Assembly (NCBI GenBank): GCA_963767925.1
Contig: CAVYGB010000008.1
Span: 2,528,001 to 2,592,000 of the forward strand
DNA length: 64,000 nt
From: an uncultured delta proteobacterium
GTDB taxonomy: Bacteria > Myxococcota_A > Polyangia > Fen-1088
Reading direction: 5' to 3'
Of this stretch, positions 22,422-32,459 are shown piece by piece. The position numbers and the translations under genes are program-made. Each line of letters begins with the position of its first letter. Positions within the stretch are counted from its first letter, which is position 1. Below the pieces are notes generated by a model that was given only the letters and a program-made list of their open reading frames with translations, was not told the origin of the DNA and ran no database searches.

Positions 22422-23321
22422 ATGAGCTCGCCGCCCGCCCGCCTGCCTGCTGTCCATGCCGCCGCCGCCGCTCTGCTCGTGCTGACCACCGTCGCGCCGA
22501 CCGCGGCGCGGGCCGAGCCCCCGGCCGGTCTGACCGCCCAGGTCGTCGTGGATCGGATCCGCAGCAAGGTGGCCTGTCCGCGCAAGCGCCCCGACACGGT
22601 CGATACCTTCAAAGCCGGCGAGCCGGGCCAGCGGGTCACCGGGATCGCCACCACCTTCGCCGCCACCTGGGACGTCCTGGCCCGCGCCGCGGCCAGCGGC
22701 AAGAACCTCATCGTCGCCCACGAGCCGACCTTCTACGATCACCGCGAGGACACGAAGGCGATCGAGGGGGACGCCGTCCTGGAGGCCAAGCGCGCCTTCC
22801 TGAAGAAACACGGGATCGCCGTGTGGCGCTTTCACGATCTCGTCCACTGCCGGCAGCCCGACGGGATCCTCGAGGGCATGGTCGAGGCCCTCGGCTGGCA
22901 GCGCCAGCAGCGGCCGGGCACACCAGCTACCTTCACCCTGCCGGCGACGACGGTGCGGGAGCTCGCCGCCGAGCTCCGGCGCAAGCTGGGGGCGCGGGCG
23001 GTCCGGGTGGTCGGCAAGCTGGACGCGCGGGTGACCCGGGTCGGGCTCATGCCCGGCGCGTCCGACGCGCCCGCGCAGATCCGCACGCTGGCGCGGCCGG
23101 ACGTCGAGGTGCTGGTGGCCGGCGAGAGCCGGGAATGGGAGACCGTGGAGTACGCCCGGGATGCGGCGGCGCAGGGCAAGAACAAGGCCCTCATCCTGCT
23201 CGGGCACGTGCCGTCGGAGGAGAGCGGCATGGCGGCCATGGCGCGCTGGCTGGCCACCTTCATCGACGAGGTCCCGATCGCGTTCCTCCCGGCCGGAGAC
23301 CCCTTCCAGCCCGTCGAGTGA
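22422..23321 (+). CDS. Nif3-like dinuclear metal-center protein with N-terminal signal-like extension
   Basis: DTFKAG...VTGIATTF, NLIVAHEPTFY, WRFHD, GESREWE, LGHVPSEESGM. Confidence 0.85.
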   Translation: MSSPPARLPAVHAAAAALLVLTTVAPTAARAEPPAGLTAQVVVDRIRSKVACPRKRPDTVDTFKAGEPGQRVTGIATTFAATWDVLARAAASGKNLIVAHEPTFYDHREDTKAIEGDAVLEAKRAFLKKHGIAVWRFHDLVHCRQPDGILEGMVEALGWQRQQRPGTPATFTLPATTVRELAAELRRKLGARAVRVVGKLDARVTRVGLMPGASDAPAQIRTLARPDVEVLVAGESREWETVEYARDAAAQGKNKALILLGHVPSEESGMAAMARWLATFIDEVPIAFLPAGDPFQPVE

Positions 23322-23354
23322 CCGCAGCGGCGGCGGCGCCGGCTCGTACGTGCC

Positions 23355-23386
23355 TTGACAGGCATATGCCCTCCGAGGCATATACA
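23355..23386 (+). promoter_or_regulatory. Promoter with overlapping inverted-repeat operator (likely ArsR autoregulation)
   Basis: Perfect TTGACA at 23355-23360; ATATGCC-N6-GGCATAT inverted repeat at 23364-23383 covers the spacer/-10 region; 9 nt upstream of the ArsR ATG. Confidence 0.7.
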
Positions 23387-23392
23387 GCACCG

Positions 23393-23743
23393 ATGGTGAG
23401 CGCGTTCGAAGTGGTGGCCGAGGCCAACCGGCGCCGGATCCTCGATCTCCTGCGGGAAGGCCCGCACTCGGTGGGGGAGATCGGGACCCGGCTCCGGCTC
23501 AACCAGCCCGCCGTCTCCAAGCACCTGCGGGTGCTGCGGCAGGCGCGCCTGGTGGCGATGGAGGTGGACGCCCAGCGGCGGCTGTACCAGCTCCGGGCCG
23601 AGCCGTTGCGCGAGCTGGAGGCCTGGCTGGCCCCTTACCGGCGTTTCTGGGCCCTGCGGCTCGACGCACTTGAGCGTCACCTCGACACCATGCCGGACGG
23701 ACCGCCCCGCCCGCGCAAGCCGACGAAAGGGAGAAAGCGATGA
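23393..23743 (+). CDS. ArsR/SmtB-family transcriptional regulator
   Basis: RRRILDLLREGPHSVGEI...QPAVSKHLRVLRQARLV...AQRRLYQL; ATGA overlap with the next gene. Confidence 0.92.
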   Translation: MVSAFEVVAEANRRRILDLLREGPHSVGEIGTRLRLNQPAVSKHLRVLRQARLVAMEVDAQRRLYQLRAEPLRELEAWLAPYRRFWALRLDALERHLDTMPDGPPRPRKPTKGRKR

Positions 23744-24573
23744 GCGACGAGAACCACGGGACCCTCGAGAGCCGCGACGGCCGCCACCAGCTGCGCTACC
23801 AGCGCCGCCTGGCCCACCCGCCGCCCAAGGTCTGGCGGGCGCTCACCGAGCCGGCCGAGCAGGCGGCCTGGTTCCCCTGCGCGGTGGAGGGGGAGCGCCG
23901 GCTGGGCGCCCGCCTGCGCTTCGTCTTCACGGGGGACGAGGGACCGCCCGACGAGGGGACCATCACGGAGTGGAACCCACCCCACGCCCTGGCCTTCACC
24001 TGGGGCGAGGAGGCCTTGCGCTGGGAGCTGCGCCCGACCGACGGAGGGTGCCTCCTGACCTTCACCGCCACCTTCGACGAGCGGGCCAAGGCGCCCCGGG
24101 ACGCGACCGGCTGGCACCTGTGCCTCGACGCCCTCGCGGCCAGCCTCGGCGGGGAGGTCTCGCCCACCATCTGGGCGAAAGAGCGGGCCGCGGTGGTGAC
24201 CGCCGAATATGCCGCCCGCATCGGCATCGGCGACTTCCCGGCCTTCCTCAAGCAGCCAGCCAACCGGGTGGCGCCGGCGCCCGGGCTAGCCGCGGCCAGC
24301 GAGGGCTACCTGTTCGAGGGCGCCGAAGGGGTGCAGGTGCTCGTCGCCCGGGCCAGCGCCGACAGCGACATCCCCGAGCACGCCCTCGACTTCGACGAGC
24401 ACGTCATCGTGCTCGAGGGGAGCTACACCCTGCGCATCGGGGCCGAGAACGAGATCCGGGTCGAGCCGGGGCAGGAGCTGCTGGTCCCCCGCGGCGGCAA
24501 GGTCAGCGGCCGGGTGACCGCCGGGACCCGCACCATCCACCTCCTCGGCGGACGCAACCTCCGCCGCGGCTAG
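23740..24573 (+). CDS. SRPBCC (AHSA1/START-like) domain fused to a C-terminal cupin domain
   Basis: RRLAHPPPKVWRALTEP...WFP...GWHLCLDAL (SRPBCC), then PEHALDFDEHVIVLEGSY...PGQELLVPRG (cupin). Confidence 0.8.
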   Translation: MSDENHGTLESRDGRHQLRYQRRLAHPPPKVWRALTEPAEQAAWFPCAVEGERRLGARLRFVFTGDEGPPDEGTITEWNPPHALAFTWGEEALRWELRPTDGGCLLTFTATFDERAKAPRDATGWHLCLDALAASLGGEVSPTIWAKERAAVVTAEYAARIGIGDFPAFLKQPANRVAPAPGLAAASEGYLFEGAEGVQVLVARASADSDIPEHALDFDEHVIVLEGSYTLRIGAENEIRVEPGQELLVPRGGKVSGRVTAGTRTIHLLGGRNLRRG

Positions 24574-24577
24574 CGCC

Positions 24578-26488
24578 CTACTCCTTCTGCAGGATCAACG
24601 CCGCCAGGCCGATCTCTCCCTCGGTGGCCCAGACCTCGAAGGCGAGGTCGGTGGCGCTGGGCTGGTCGAGCGGGAGGGGGAGCTTGCCCTCGCCGGCGGG
24701 CTGACCGTCGGCCCGGCGGACGCGCACGGAGGCAGGGCCGTCGGCGCGGGCCTCGAGGCGCCAGCGCCCCGCCGGCACCCGGACCGCCTCGATGCGGGCT
24801 GGCTCGGTGGGGCTCACGCTGGCCACCAGGCTCCCGTCGGCGCGCGCCCGCACGGTGGTGCGGGGGTTGCCCGCCAGCAGCAGGCCCGGGATCTCGATGC
24901 GGCCGGGCTGCTCGCGCAAGCCCACCCGGCCCTGGCGCCGGACCCACATCACCCCGCGCAGCACCCGGGGCGGCGGCGTCTCGAAGCGCACGAGCGTGTA
25001 GTCGACGCGGAACTCGGGCGCCGCCACCACCTCGACGCCGCTGCGGAAGCACCCCTTCTCGTCGCCGAGCGGCCCGCAGAAGAAGAGCAGGTCGGGCGCG
25101 CGGCGCAGGACATAGGCGCCGTCGCCCAGCTCGTGCCCGATCCAGCCCCGGCCAAAGTCGGGCGGAGGGTGGGTCGCCAGGTACCGGTCGTTGAGGCCCA
25201 GCAGATCGAGCGAAGGGAGCTTCGAGAAGAACGGCAGGCACCCGGCCGGGTCGGCCGCCAGCAGCGGCCGCTGCGGGCCCAGCCCCCGGCGCAGGAAGGT
25301 TCCCACCACCTCCCCCTCCCACTCCCAGCGCTCGGTGCGGCCACGGTCGATCTCCCGCTCGCCGTGCCCGGCCCACACGGTGGCCGGGACCAGCAGCGCC
25401 AGCGCGAAGGCCGGGGTCAGGCGCCGGCCGACGGGGGCCAGCCAGGCGGTGGCCTCGGCGGCGAGGAAGGCGGCCAGCACCACCAGGGCGACCAGGTGGC
25501 GGTAGGCGGGGAAGATGTCGCCGCCGATGACCGCCACGTAGGCGGTCCAGAGCAGCGTCGGGCAGAGCAGCAGGATCGCCCGGCGCCGGCGCCCGCGCAC
25601 GGCCAGCATCCCGACCCCGAGCGCCAGCCCGACCGGGAGGACCGGCAGCGCCCGGGCTCCGGCCTCCAGGTAGTGCAGCCCGCCGAGCAGGCGGACCGAC
25701 GAGAAGCCCACCTTGGCGTGGGCCGTGTTGGGCACCCAGTCCCCGTAATAGAAGACGCGGAAGACGAGCTGCGCCCCCACCGCCAGGACGGGCAGCAGGG
25801 CCAGAGTGAGGATCAGGCGCACCGTCTTGCCGCCGAGGGGCCGCACCAGCAGCAGGGCCAGGCCGAGGGCGGCCGCGAACAGCACGCCGTCGGGCCGGGT
25901 GATGCCCAGCAGGGCCAGCGGCAGGCCGGCCAGCAGCACCCGGCGCCGGCTCGGGGAAACCTCCGGGTCGGCCAGCGGGAGGGCGAGGGCCAGCGCCCAG
26001 GCCAGCAGGCCGGCGAGCAGCGCCTGCTCGAGCCCCCCGATGGCCCACACCGCGATCGGCCCCGAAGCGGCGACGACAAGACCGCCGACCGCCGGGGCGA
26101 GCAGGTCGCGCGCCCGCCGGGGCCAGTGGGCGAAGAACAGGGCGGCGATCACCGCGGCCATCGCAGCGGTCCCCAGCAGGCGGGCCGCGAGGATCAGGTC
26201 GCCGCCCGCGAAGGGGGCCAGCCCGGCGACTCCCAGCACCCAGAGCAGGTTCGAGTAGCCCTCCACCCGCTCGCCATCGGTCCAGGTCAGCCCCTGCCCC
26301 GCGAGCAGCCGCTCCGAGTAGCGCAGGGAGATGAGCGCGTCGTCGGCGATGAAGGGGAGGAAGGCGCGAGCGTGCAGGACCAGCACGACGAGGATGCCGG
26401 CGAGCAGGAGCAGGGCCGAGACGGTGAGGGCGCGGGAGCGGGAGGCCCCCGACGAGGTGGCCAGGGGATGGCGGTCCGCCGGGTTCAC
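24578..26488 (-). CDS. Polytopic membrane protein, GT-C-like glycosyltransferase
   Basis: DDALISLRYSERL..GQGLTW...VEGYSNLLW, GLEQ, TRPDG, YYGDWVPNT..AK, DLLGLND; many TM helices. Start uncertain. Confidence 0.7.
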   Translation of the reverse strand: MNPADRHPLATSSGASRSRALTVSALLLLAGILVVLVLHARAFLPFIADDALISLRYSERLLAGQGLTWTDGERVEGYSNLLWVLGVAGLAPFAGGDLILAARLLGTAAMAAVIAALFFAHWPRRARDLLAPAVGGLVVAASGPIAVWAIGGLEQALLAGLLAWALALALPLADPEVSPSRRRVLLAGLPLALLGITRPDGVLFAAALGLALLLVRPLGGKTVRLILTLALLPVLAVGAQLVFRVFYYGDWVPNTAHAKVGFSSVRLLGGLHYLEAGARALPVLPVGLALGVGMLAVRGRRRRAILLLCPTLLWTAYVAVIGGDIFPAYRHLVALVVLAAFLAAEATAWLAPVGRRLTPAFALALLVPATVWAGHGEREIDRGRTERWEWEGEVVGTFLRRGLGPQRPLLAADPAGCLPFFSKLPSLDLLGLNDRYLATHPPPDFGRGWIGHELGDGAYVLRRAPDLLFFCGPLGDEKGCFRSGVEVVAAPEFRVDYTLVRFETPPPRVLRGVMWVRRQGRVGLREQPGRIEIPGLLLAGNPRTTVRARADGSLVASVSPTEPARIEAVRVPAGRWRLEARADGPASVRVRRADGQPAGEGKLPLPLDQPSATDLAFEVWATEGEIGLAALILQKE

Positions 26489-26705
26489 GAAGCCCGGGAC
26501 ACTAACACTGTCGCCGGCCGACCCGGCAAGACCGGGGACACCATCGCGACGCGCAAGCCGGTGACCCAGGGCGGGCCCCGAGGGGGGCGCCTTGACCGCG
26601 GCGGAAGGCGCGTGCGATAGCAACGGCTGGTCGTGCCCCCTGGCAGCGGCCCGGCTGTTTCTTCCTGATCCTGCTGGCCGCTCTTTCCCCCGGATTGGAG
26701 GCTCC

Positions 26706-29700
26706 ATGAACGGAGCACACCCTGGCGCTCCCCGCTCGCGACGGCGATCCTGCTCCCACCTCGTCCTCCTGCTGGCCGGAGCGGCGACGCTCCTCGGGGC
26801 CTGCTCCGGGGCCGACACCACCGGGCGGTTCGTCCCCCGGGCCGACCCGCTGGCGACCCAGCCGGGGACGTTGCCCGCCGCCGCCCCGGAGGTCTCCGTC
26901 GTCACCTTGATCACGGGTGACCGGGTGAACCTGGCGCGAGGGGCCGCCGGCGAGGCGGTGATCTCGGTCAAGCCGGGGCCCGGGCGCGAGGACATCGGCT
27001 TTTACGCCCGCACCCGCGACGAGGCCGGCGGCGAGGCGGTCACCGTCATCCCGAGGGACGCCCTCGCGCTGGTCGGCGCGGGACTGCTCGACCCGGCGCT
27101 GTTCGACGTCAGCGGCCTGATCCGCCAGGGATACGACGACGAGAACGCCCCCGGCTTGCCGGTCATCGTGACCGGCGCCGGCTCGATGCCGGCGGCCCTG
27201 GCCGCCAGCGGGGCGCAACCGATCCGCCGGCTCGAGAGCATCGGGGGCGACGCGGCGGTGGCGGACAAGCAGGAGGTGGGCGGCTTCTGGCGCTGGATCA
27301 CCGACACCCTGCCCGCCTCGGCGCTGCCCGGGGCCCTGCCGGCCGCCCCGATCCGGGTCTGGCTCGACACGCGCGCGACCCTGCTGCTCGATCAGAGCGC
27401 CGCCCTGATCGGCGCGCCCGAGGTGTGGAGCGCCGGCCTCACCGGCCTGGGCGTCACCGTGGCGGTGCTCGACACGGGCATCGCCGCCGATCACCCCGAC
27501 CTGGCCGGCAAGGTGATCGAGGCTGTCGATTTTACCGGCACCCGCCCGGACGCCAGCGACAACGTCGGCCATGGCACCCACGTCGCCGGCATCGTGGCCG
27601 GCACGGGCGCCGCCTCGGGCGGGCGCTACCGGGGCATCGCCCCCGACGCCTCCCTGATCGTCGGCAAGGTGTGCAGCAACCAGAGCTGCACCGCCTCGGC
27701 GATCATCGCGGGGATGGAGTGGGCCGCGCCCCGCGCGCGGATCGTCAACCTGAGCCTCGGCTCGGGCCCGACCGATGGGACCGACCCGCTCTCGCAGGCG
27801 GTCGACGCGCTCACCGCCCAGCACGGGACGCTCTTCGTCGCCGCCGCGGGCAACTCCGGTGCGGCCCAGACCGTCGGGGCCCCGGCCGCCGCCGACGCCG
27901 CCCTGGCGGTGGCCAGCATCGACAAGAACGGCGCGCCCAGCGCCTTCTCCAGCCGGGGGCCGCGCCTGGGCGACCAGGCGGTCAAGCCCGACCTCACCGC
28001 GCCGGGCGGGGCCATCGTGGCGGCCCGGGCCCGGGGCACGCCCAACGGCGACTCCGCCCCGATCGGCGACAGCTACGTCCGCCTGTCGGGCACCTCGATG
28101 GCCAGCCCCCACGTGGCCGGCAGCGCGGCCCTCCTCGCCCAGCAGCACCCGGACTGGAAAGCCGCCGAGCTCAAGGCCGCGCTGCTCAGCGCCGCCCGCC
28201 CGGTCGAGGGCGCCCATGTCGTCGCGACCGGGGTGGGCCGGGTCGATCTCGTGCGCGCCACCTCGCAGCGGGTGACCGCCAGCGGCAGCGTCAGCTTCGG
28301 CCTCCTCCCCTGGCCCCACAACGCACCCTCGCTGACCCGGACGATCACCTACCGGAACCAGGGCGACAGCGCGGTGACCCTCGACCTCACCCTCGCGGCC
28401 AGCGCGGCGGACGGGCTGCCGGCGCCGGCGGGCCTGTTCGCGGCCAACCCGCCCCGGGTCACCGTCCCGGCCGGGGGCACGGCGGACGTGGCCCTCACCG
28501 TGACGCCCCAGGCCCGCCGGGCCGGGCTGTACGGCCTCATCGTCTCGGCCAGCGACGGCACCAACCGGGTCGTCAGCGCGGCCACCGTGTACCAGGAGCC
28601 CGAGCAATACGACCTCACCATCCAGGCCATCGATCGCAACGGCGAGCCCCCCTCCTGGGCCTTCGGGTTCGTGATCGAGACCGCGACCGGGCAGTCCTAC
28701 TCGGTGAACCACCCTGCCGGCCCCATCAAGCTGCGTCTGCCCCGCGGCCAGTACGACATCAGCACCTTCCTCACGGGGGTCGAGGGGGACATCGCCGCCA
28801 CCCGCCCCCAGGTCGATCTCGACGGGGACACCGAGGTCACCCTCGACGGCCGGCTCTCGAAGACCCTCGGCGTGACGGTCGACCGGCCCGACGCGGCCCT
28901 CACCTGGTGGAGCGTGAGCCTGCACGCGCGGGCCAGCAACGGGAGAGGGGTCACCACGGTCAAGCTGTCGGACACCCCCGTCCACGCCCTGCCGACCGAA
29001 CCGGTGACCGGACCGGCCGGGCACGTGTTCGCCCTGAACTTCCGGGCCTACCTCTTCCCGGCGCCGCGCCCCGACGGCCAGCCGGCGGCCGAGGACTACA
29101 TCTACAACCTCGTCTTTCCGCTGCATGGGGGAGTCCCCGAGGAGCTGAGCTTCCGGGTCGAGGACCGCGAGCTGGGCAAGGTCCACGCCCGGTACCACGC
29201 CCAGGGCGAGGCCACCGCCTATCGCTCCAGCGCGGGCAGCACCCCCGACGGGGCGTCGTCGTTCATCCCGATCTGGGATCAGCCGCTGCCGGGGCGCCGG
29301 CTCGAATATTACAGCGCCGGTCCCCGCTGGGAGGAGGCCTTGCAGCTTCACCCGAAGGGAGCGCCCACGATCTTCGGCGAGCGAACCCTCGGCAACACGA
29401 TCTACCAGGCGGGTGAGGAGCGCTGGGTGCGCTGGTTCAGCGCCCCCATCGGTCCCTCCTTCGGACCGGCCGCGCCCTTCTGGGGCGCCTACCGGATCAA
29501 CGACGAGATCTCGGTGTTCTTGACCCCGTTTTCACCGGCCGAGCCGGAGCACGTCACCCTCTCGCTCCGGGGCACCACCACCCTCTCGCGGGACGGCGTC
29601 GTGATCGGGACCAGCGCCAACGCCGCCTACGGCCGCTTCCGGGCGCCCCACGAGCCCGGCACCTACACCCTCGAGGCCAGCGGCACCCGGGAGGTGTCCT

Positions 29701-30107
29701 GGTCGACCCTCGGCACAGCGTTCTCCGGGACCTGGACGTTCCAGTCGGCGCCCGCCGGGGACGAAGGGCTGCACCGCCTGCCGCTCCTGCTGGTCCACGT
29801 CGCCGGACCGGTGGACAGCCACAACAGCGCGCCGGCCGGGCGACCCTATCTGCTGAGCCTGGAGGCACAGCGCCAGCCGGGCGCGCCCACCGCGGCGGTG
29901 ACCGCGCTGACCCTCGAGGTCTCCTTCGACGACGGCCAGACCTGGGAGCCCGCCCCGGTGGCGGTGGCCGGCGAGCGGGGGGTGGCGCTGGTGCACCACC
30001 CCGAGGCCCCGGGCTTCGTCTCGCTGCGGGCCAGCGCCCGGGACGCCGCCGGCAACACCGTCACCCACGCCGTCACCCGGGCCTATCGCACGCACGCAGT
30101 GCCCTGA
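26706..30107 (+). CDS. Large S8 subtilisin-like serine peptidase, lipoprotein
   Basis: SD GGAGG; lipobox LGA-C; catalytic VAVLDTG, GHGTHVAG, SGTSMASPHVAG; oxyanion AAGN; long C-terminal beta domains. Confidence 0.93.
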   Translation: MNGAHPGAPRSRRRSCSHLVLLLAGAATLLGACSGADTTGRFVPRADPLATQPGTLPAAAPEVSVVTLITGDRVNLARGAAGEAVISVKPGPGREDIGFYARTRDEAGGEAVTVIPRDALALVGAGLLDPALFDVSGLIRQGYDDENAPGLPVIVTGAGSMPAALAASGAQPIRRLESIGGDAAVADKQEVGGFWRWITDTLPASALPGALPAAPIRVWLDTRATLLLDQSAALIGAPEVWSAGLTGLGVTVAVLDTGIAADHPDLAGKVIEAVDFTGTRPDASDNVGHGTHVAGIVAGTGAASGGRYRGIAPDASLIVGKVCSNQSCTASAIIAGMEWAAPRARIVNLSLGSGPTDGTDPLSQAVDALTAQHGTLFVAAAGNSGAAQTVGAPAAADAALAVASIDKNGAPSAFSSRGPRLGDQAVKPDLTAPGGAIVAARARGTPNGDSAPIGDSYVRLSGTSMASPHVAGSAALLAQQHPDWKAAELKAALLSAARPVEGAHVVATGVGRVDLVRATSQRVTASGSVSFGLLPWPHNAPSLTRTITYRNQGDSAVTLDLTLAASAADGLPAPAGLFAANPPRVTVPAGGTADVALTVTPQARRAGLYGLIVSASDGTNRVVSAATVYQEPEQYDLTIQAIDRNGEPPSWAFGFVIETATGQSYSVNHPAGPIKLRLPRGQYDISTFLTGVEGDIAATRPQVDLDGDTEVTLDGRLSKTLGVTVDRPDAALTWWSVSLHARASNGRGVTTVKLSDTPVHALPTEPVTGPAGHVFALNFRAYLFPAPRPDGQPAAEDYIYNLVFPLHGGVPEELSFRVEDRELGKVHARYHAQGEATAYRSSAGSTPDGASSFIPIWDQPLPGRRLEYYSAGPRWEEALQLHPKGAPTIFGERTLGNTIYQAGEERWVRWFSAPIGPSFGPAAPFWGAYRINDEISVFLTPFSPAEPEHVTLSLRGTTTLSRDGVVIGTSANAAYGRFRAPHEPGTYTLEASGTREVSWSTLGTAFSGTWTFQSAPAGDEGLHRLPLLLVHVAGPVDSHNSAPAGRPYLLSLEAQRQPGAPTAAVTALTLEVSFDDGQTWEPAPVAVAGERGVALVHHPEAPGFVSLRASARDAAGNTVTHAVTRAYRTHAVP

Positions 30108-30110
30108 CAG

Positions 30111-30149
30111 CCCCTCACCCACCCTCTCCCCGCTGCCGCGGGGCGAGGG
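30111..30149. repeat. Single REP-like palindromic element (CCCCTCACCC..CCCTCTCCCC...GGGG.GAGGG type)
   Basis: CCCCTCACCCACCCTCTCCCCGCTGCCGCGGGGCGAGGG forms a hairpin between convergent genes, 3 nt after the S8 stop. Confidence 0.6.
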
Positions 30150-30207
30150 CGAACAACCGGCGAAGGTGCGCCGATCAGCGTTCGAGCGAACCCGCGGGCC
30201 GCCGGGG

Positions 30208-31117
30208 TCAGGCGAGCTGGGTGCGGACCCGCTCGAGGAGCTTGCGGGTGGCGACGATGCCCTCCATCTCCGGGAGGACCTCGCCCTCGTATTCGATGCC
30301 GACGTAGCCGTGGTAGCCGGCGGCGGCGACGATCTTCATCATCTTCAGGAAGTCGGTGCGGGTCTCGTTCCCCTTCTCGTCGAAGTCGTTGGACTTCGCG
30401 CTGACCGCCTTGGCGAGCGGCATCAGCTCCTCGACCCCCTTGTAGCGGTCGTAGTCCTCGCCGGGCTTGATGGTGAAGTTGCCGAAGTCGGGCAAGGTGC
30501 CGCAGCGGGGGTGCCCGACGCTCTTGATGACCCGGGCCAGCCAGGCGCCGTTCGAGGACAGGCCCCCGTGGTTCTCCACCGTGACGTTCAGCCCGAGGGG
30601 ATCGGCCAGCTCGGTCAGCCGGCGCAGGCCGTCGGCCACCCGCCGGGCCTGCTCGTCGGGCGAGCCGTCCGACTCGGCGTTGACCCGGATACAGTGACAG
30701 CCGAGGAAGGCCGCCGCCTCCAGCCACTTCTTGTGGTTCTCGACCGCCTGCTTGCGCTTGGCCTCTTCGGCGTCACCGAGGCGCCCCTCGCCGTCAATCA
30801 TGATGAGCAGGCTCCACACCCCCTCGCCCACCGCCCGGCGCTTCATCTCGGACAGGTAGGCGCGATCGCTGGGCCTTGTCCTTGAAGAAGCTGTTGACGT
30901 ATTCGACCCCGTCGATGCCGAGGCCGTTCGCGATCTTGGCGAAGTCGAGGTGCTCGACCTTCTTGCCCTGCAGGCTCCTGTGCAGGGACCACTCGGCGAG
31001 CGAGATCTTGAAGGGCTGCTTGCGGCCGGCGGTCCCCTCCGGCGCTCCCCGTGCGGGCGCGGCCACGCCCGCCAGCGCCGTGAGGGCTCCTGCCTTGAAC
31101 AGATTGCGTCGGTGCAT
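30208..31117 (-). CDS. Sugar-phosphate isomerase/epimerase (xylose-isomerase-like TIM barrel), Tat signal; frameshifted near 30871
   Basis: MHRRNLFK Tat leader, [30 protein letters not shown]. Removing one base from GGG 30871-30873 gives [17 protein letters not shown] and joins ORFs 30794..31117 and 30208..30846. Confidence 0.88.
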
Positions 31118-31135
31118 GGTGGGCGGAATATACCT

Positions 31136-31516
31136 TCAGCGCCCTCCCCGCGTGCGATCCAGATCGGTCAGGAAGTACGCCACATCCTGCTCGTCGAAGC
31201 CCATCTGCGCGAGCTGGCGGCCCAGATCCGGGCGCACCACCTGCCGGTAGCGGGCCTCGCCGAGCCGCTTGATCCGCTGGACGATGGGCTGCCGGATCTG
31301 CTGCAGGCGCATCACCCGGGCGGCCGGATCGTGCAGCACGTCGGGCGGCAGCGGGCGGACCTCCCGGGCGGCCCGCTCGACCTGGACGGTGTCGCTGGCG
31401 GCGGGACCAGCGGCGAGCAGGCGATCGCCGGGGGTGTTCGCGGCGGCGTGGCTGCAGGCGGCGAACGAGAGCACGCCCGCGACGGAGAGGATCTGATGAA
31501 GGCGATACGGCGACAT
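31136..31516 (-). CDS. Hypothetical lipoprotein
   Basis: SD AAAGGA; signal ending FAA-C; helical C-terminal region. Confidence 0.65.
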   Translation of the reverse strand: MSPYRLHQILSVAGVLSFAACSHAAANTPGDRLLAAGPAASDTVQVERAAREVRPLPPDVLHDPAARVMRLQQIRQPIVQRIKRLGEARYRQVVRPDLGRQLAQMGFDEQDVAYFLTDLDRTRGGR

Positions 31517-31609
31517 GGTGACGTCCTTTCTCGTGTTCGACTCGGTTCGAGAGAGACGTGTCTTCCCCGCCTCTCCGGTTTCACGCGAATCGACCAGATG
31601 CCGGCCGGG

Positions 31610-32377
31610 CTACTGCGCCCGGGGCAGCGGCTTCATGACGGCCAGCTCGGCGCCGGTCGGATCGGCCAGCACGGCGAAGCGGCCGATGCCCGGGATGTCG
31701 TGGGGAGGGATCGACTCGGTCCCGCCGACCTTCTTCACCCGGGCCATCGTGGCATCGACGTCGTCCACGTAGACGTAGGGCAGCCAGTGGGGCGGCGCGC
31801 TGGCCGCCTGGACCGCCGTGATGCCGCCGCGGTCGACGCCGCCGGCGGACACGATGTGGTAGGCGCCGGCGGGACCCATGTCGAGCGAGCGGTGGGAAAA
31901 GCCGACGACCTTCTCGTAGAACGCGGCGGCGGCGGCCGGATCGGGCGTGTGCAGCTCGTTCCAGAAGAAGTGCCCCTGGGTCACCGGCCCGTCGGCCGGA
32001 TCGTCGGTGGCCTTCTTGAACAGGTACAGCTCCGCCCCCTGCGGGTCGGCGATGCGCGCGAATCGACCGACGCCGCGCGCGTCGAAGAGCGGCTCGACGA
32101 TCTTGCCGCCGCTGGCCGTCGCCGCGCTGGCCGCGCCGTCGACGTTTTCCACCGAGACGTACGAGATCCAGCGGGCCGGCCGGTCGTCGCTCGAGGTGGC
32201 GTAGCCACCCGTCATGGTGTCGCCGACGTAGACCATGTCGTACGAGGCGTCCCCCATGGGGAAGGCCTGCGTCCGCCACCCCAGCGCCTCGCCATAGAAG
32301 GCCTGGGCCCTCTTCGAGTCGCGGGACAGGTGCTCGAACCAGATGAACTTGCCGGGAAGCCGGTTGGGGTCAGCCAT
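31610..32377 (-). CDS. VOC/glyoxalase-family protein (two domains)
   Basis: PGKFIWFEH...AFYGEALGW...WISYVSV...ADPQGA, repeated as FFWNELHT...WLPYVYV...ADPTGA; SD AAGGAG. Confidence 0.92.
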   Translation of the reverse strand: MADPNRLPGKFIWFEHLSRDSKRAQAFYGEALGWRTQAFPMGDASYDMVYVGDTMTGGYATSSDDRPARWISYVSVENVDGAASAATASGGKIVEPLFDARGVGRFARIADPQGAELYLFKKATDDPADGPVTQGHFFWNELHTPDPAAAAAFYEKVVGFSHRSLDMGPAGAYHIVSAGGVDRGGITAVQAASAPPHWLPYVYVDDVDATMARVKKVGGTESIPPHDIPGIGRFAVLADPTGAELAVMKPLPRAQ

Positions 32378-32459
32378 GTCGTCTCTCCTTTCGACCGGAG
32401 GACGAACGACCCGGACCCCAACCGACAACCCGGCTGCGATTCGCGCGGCCGGGCTGCCG

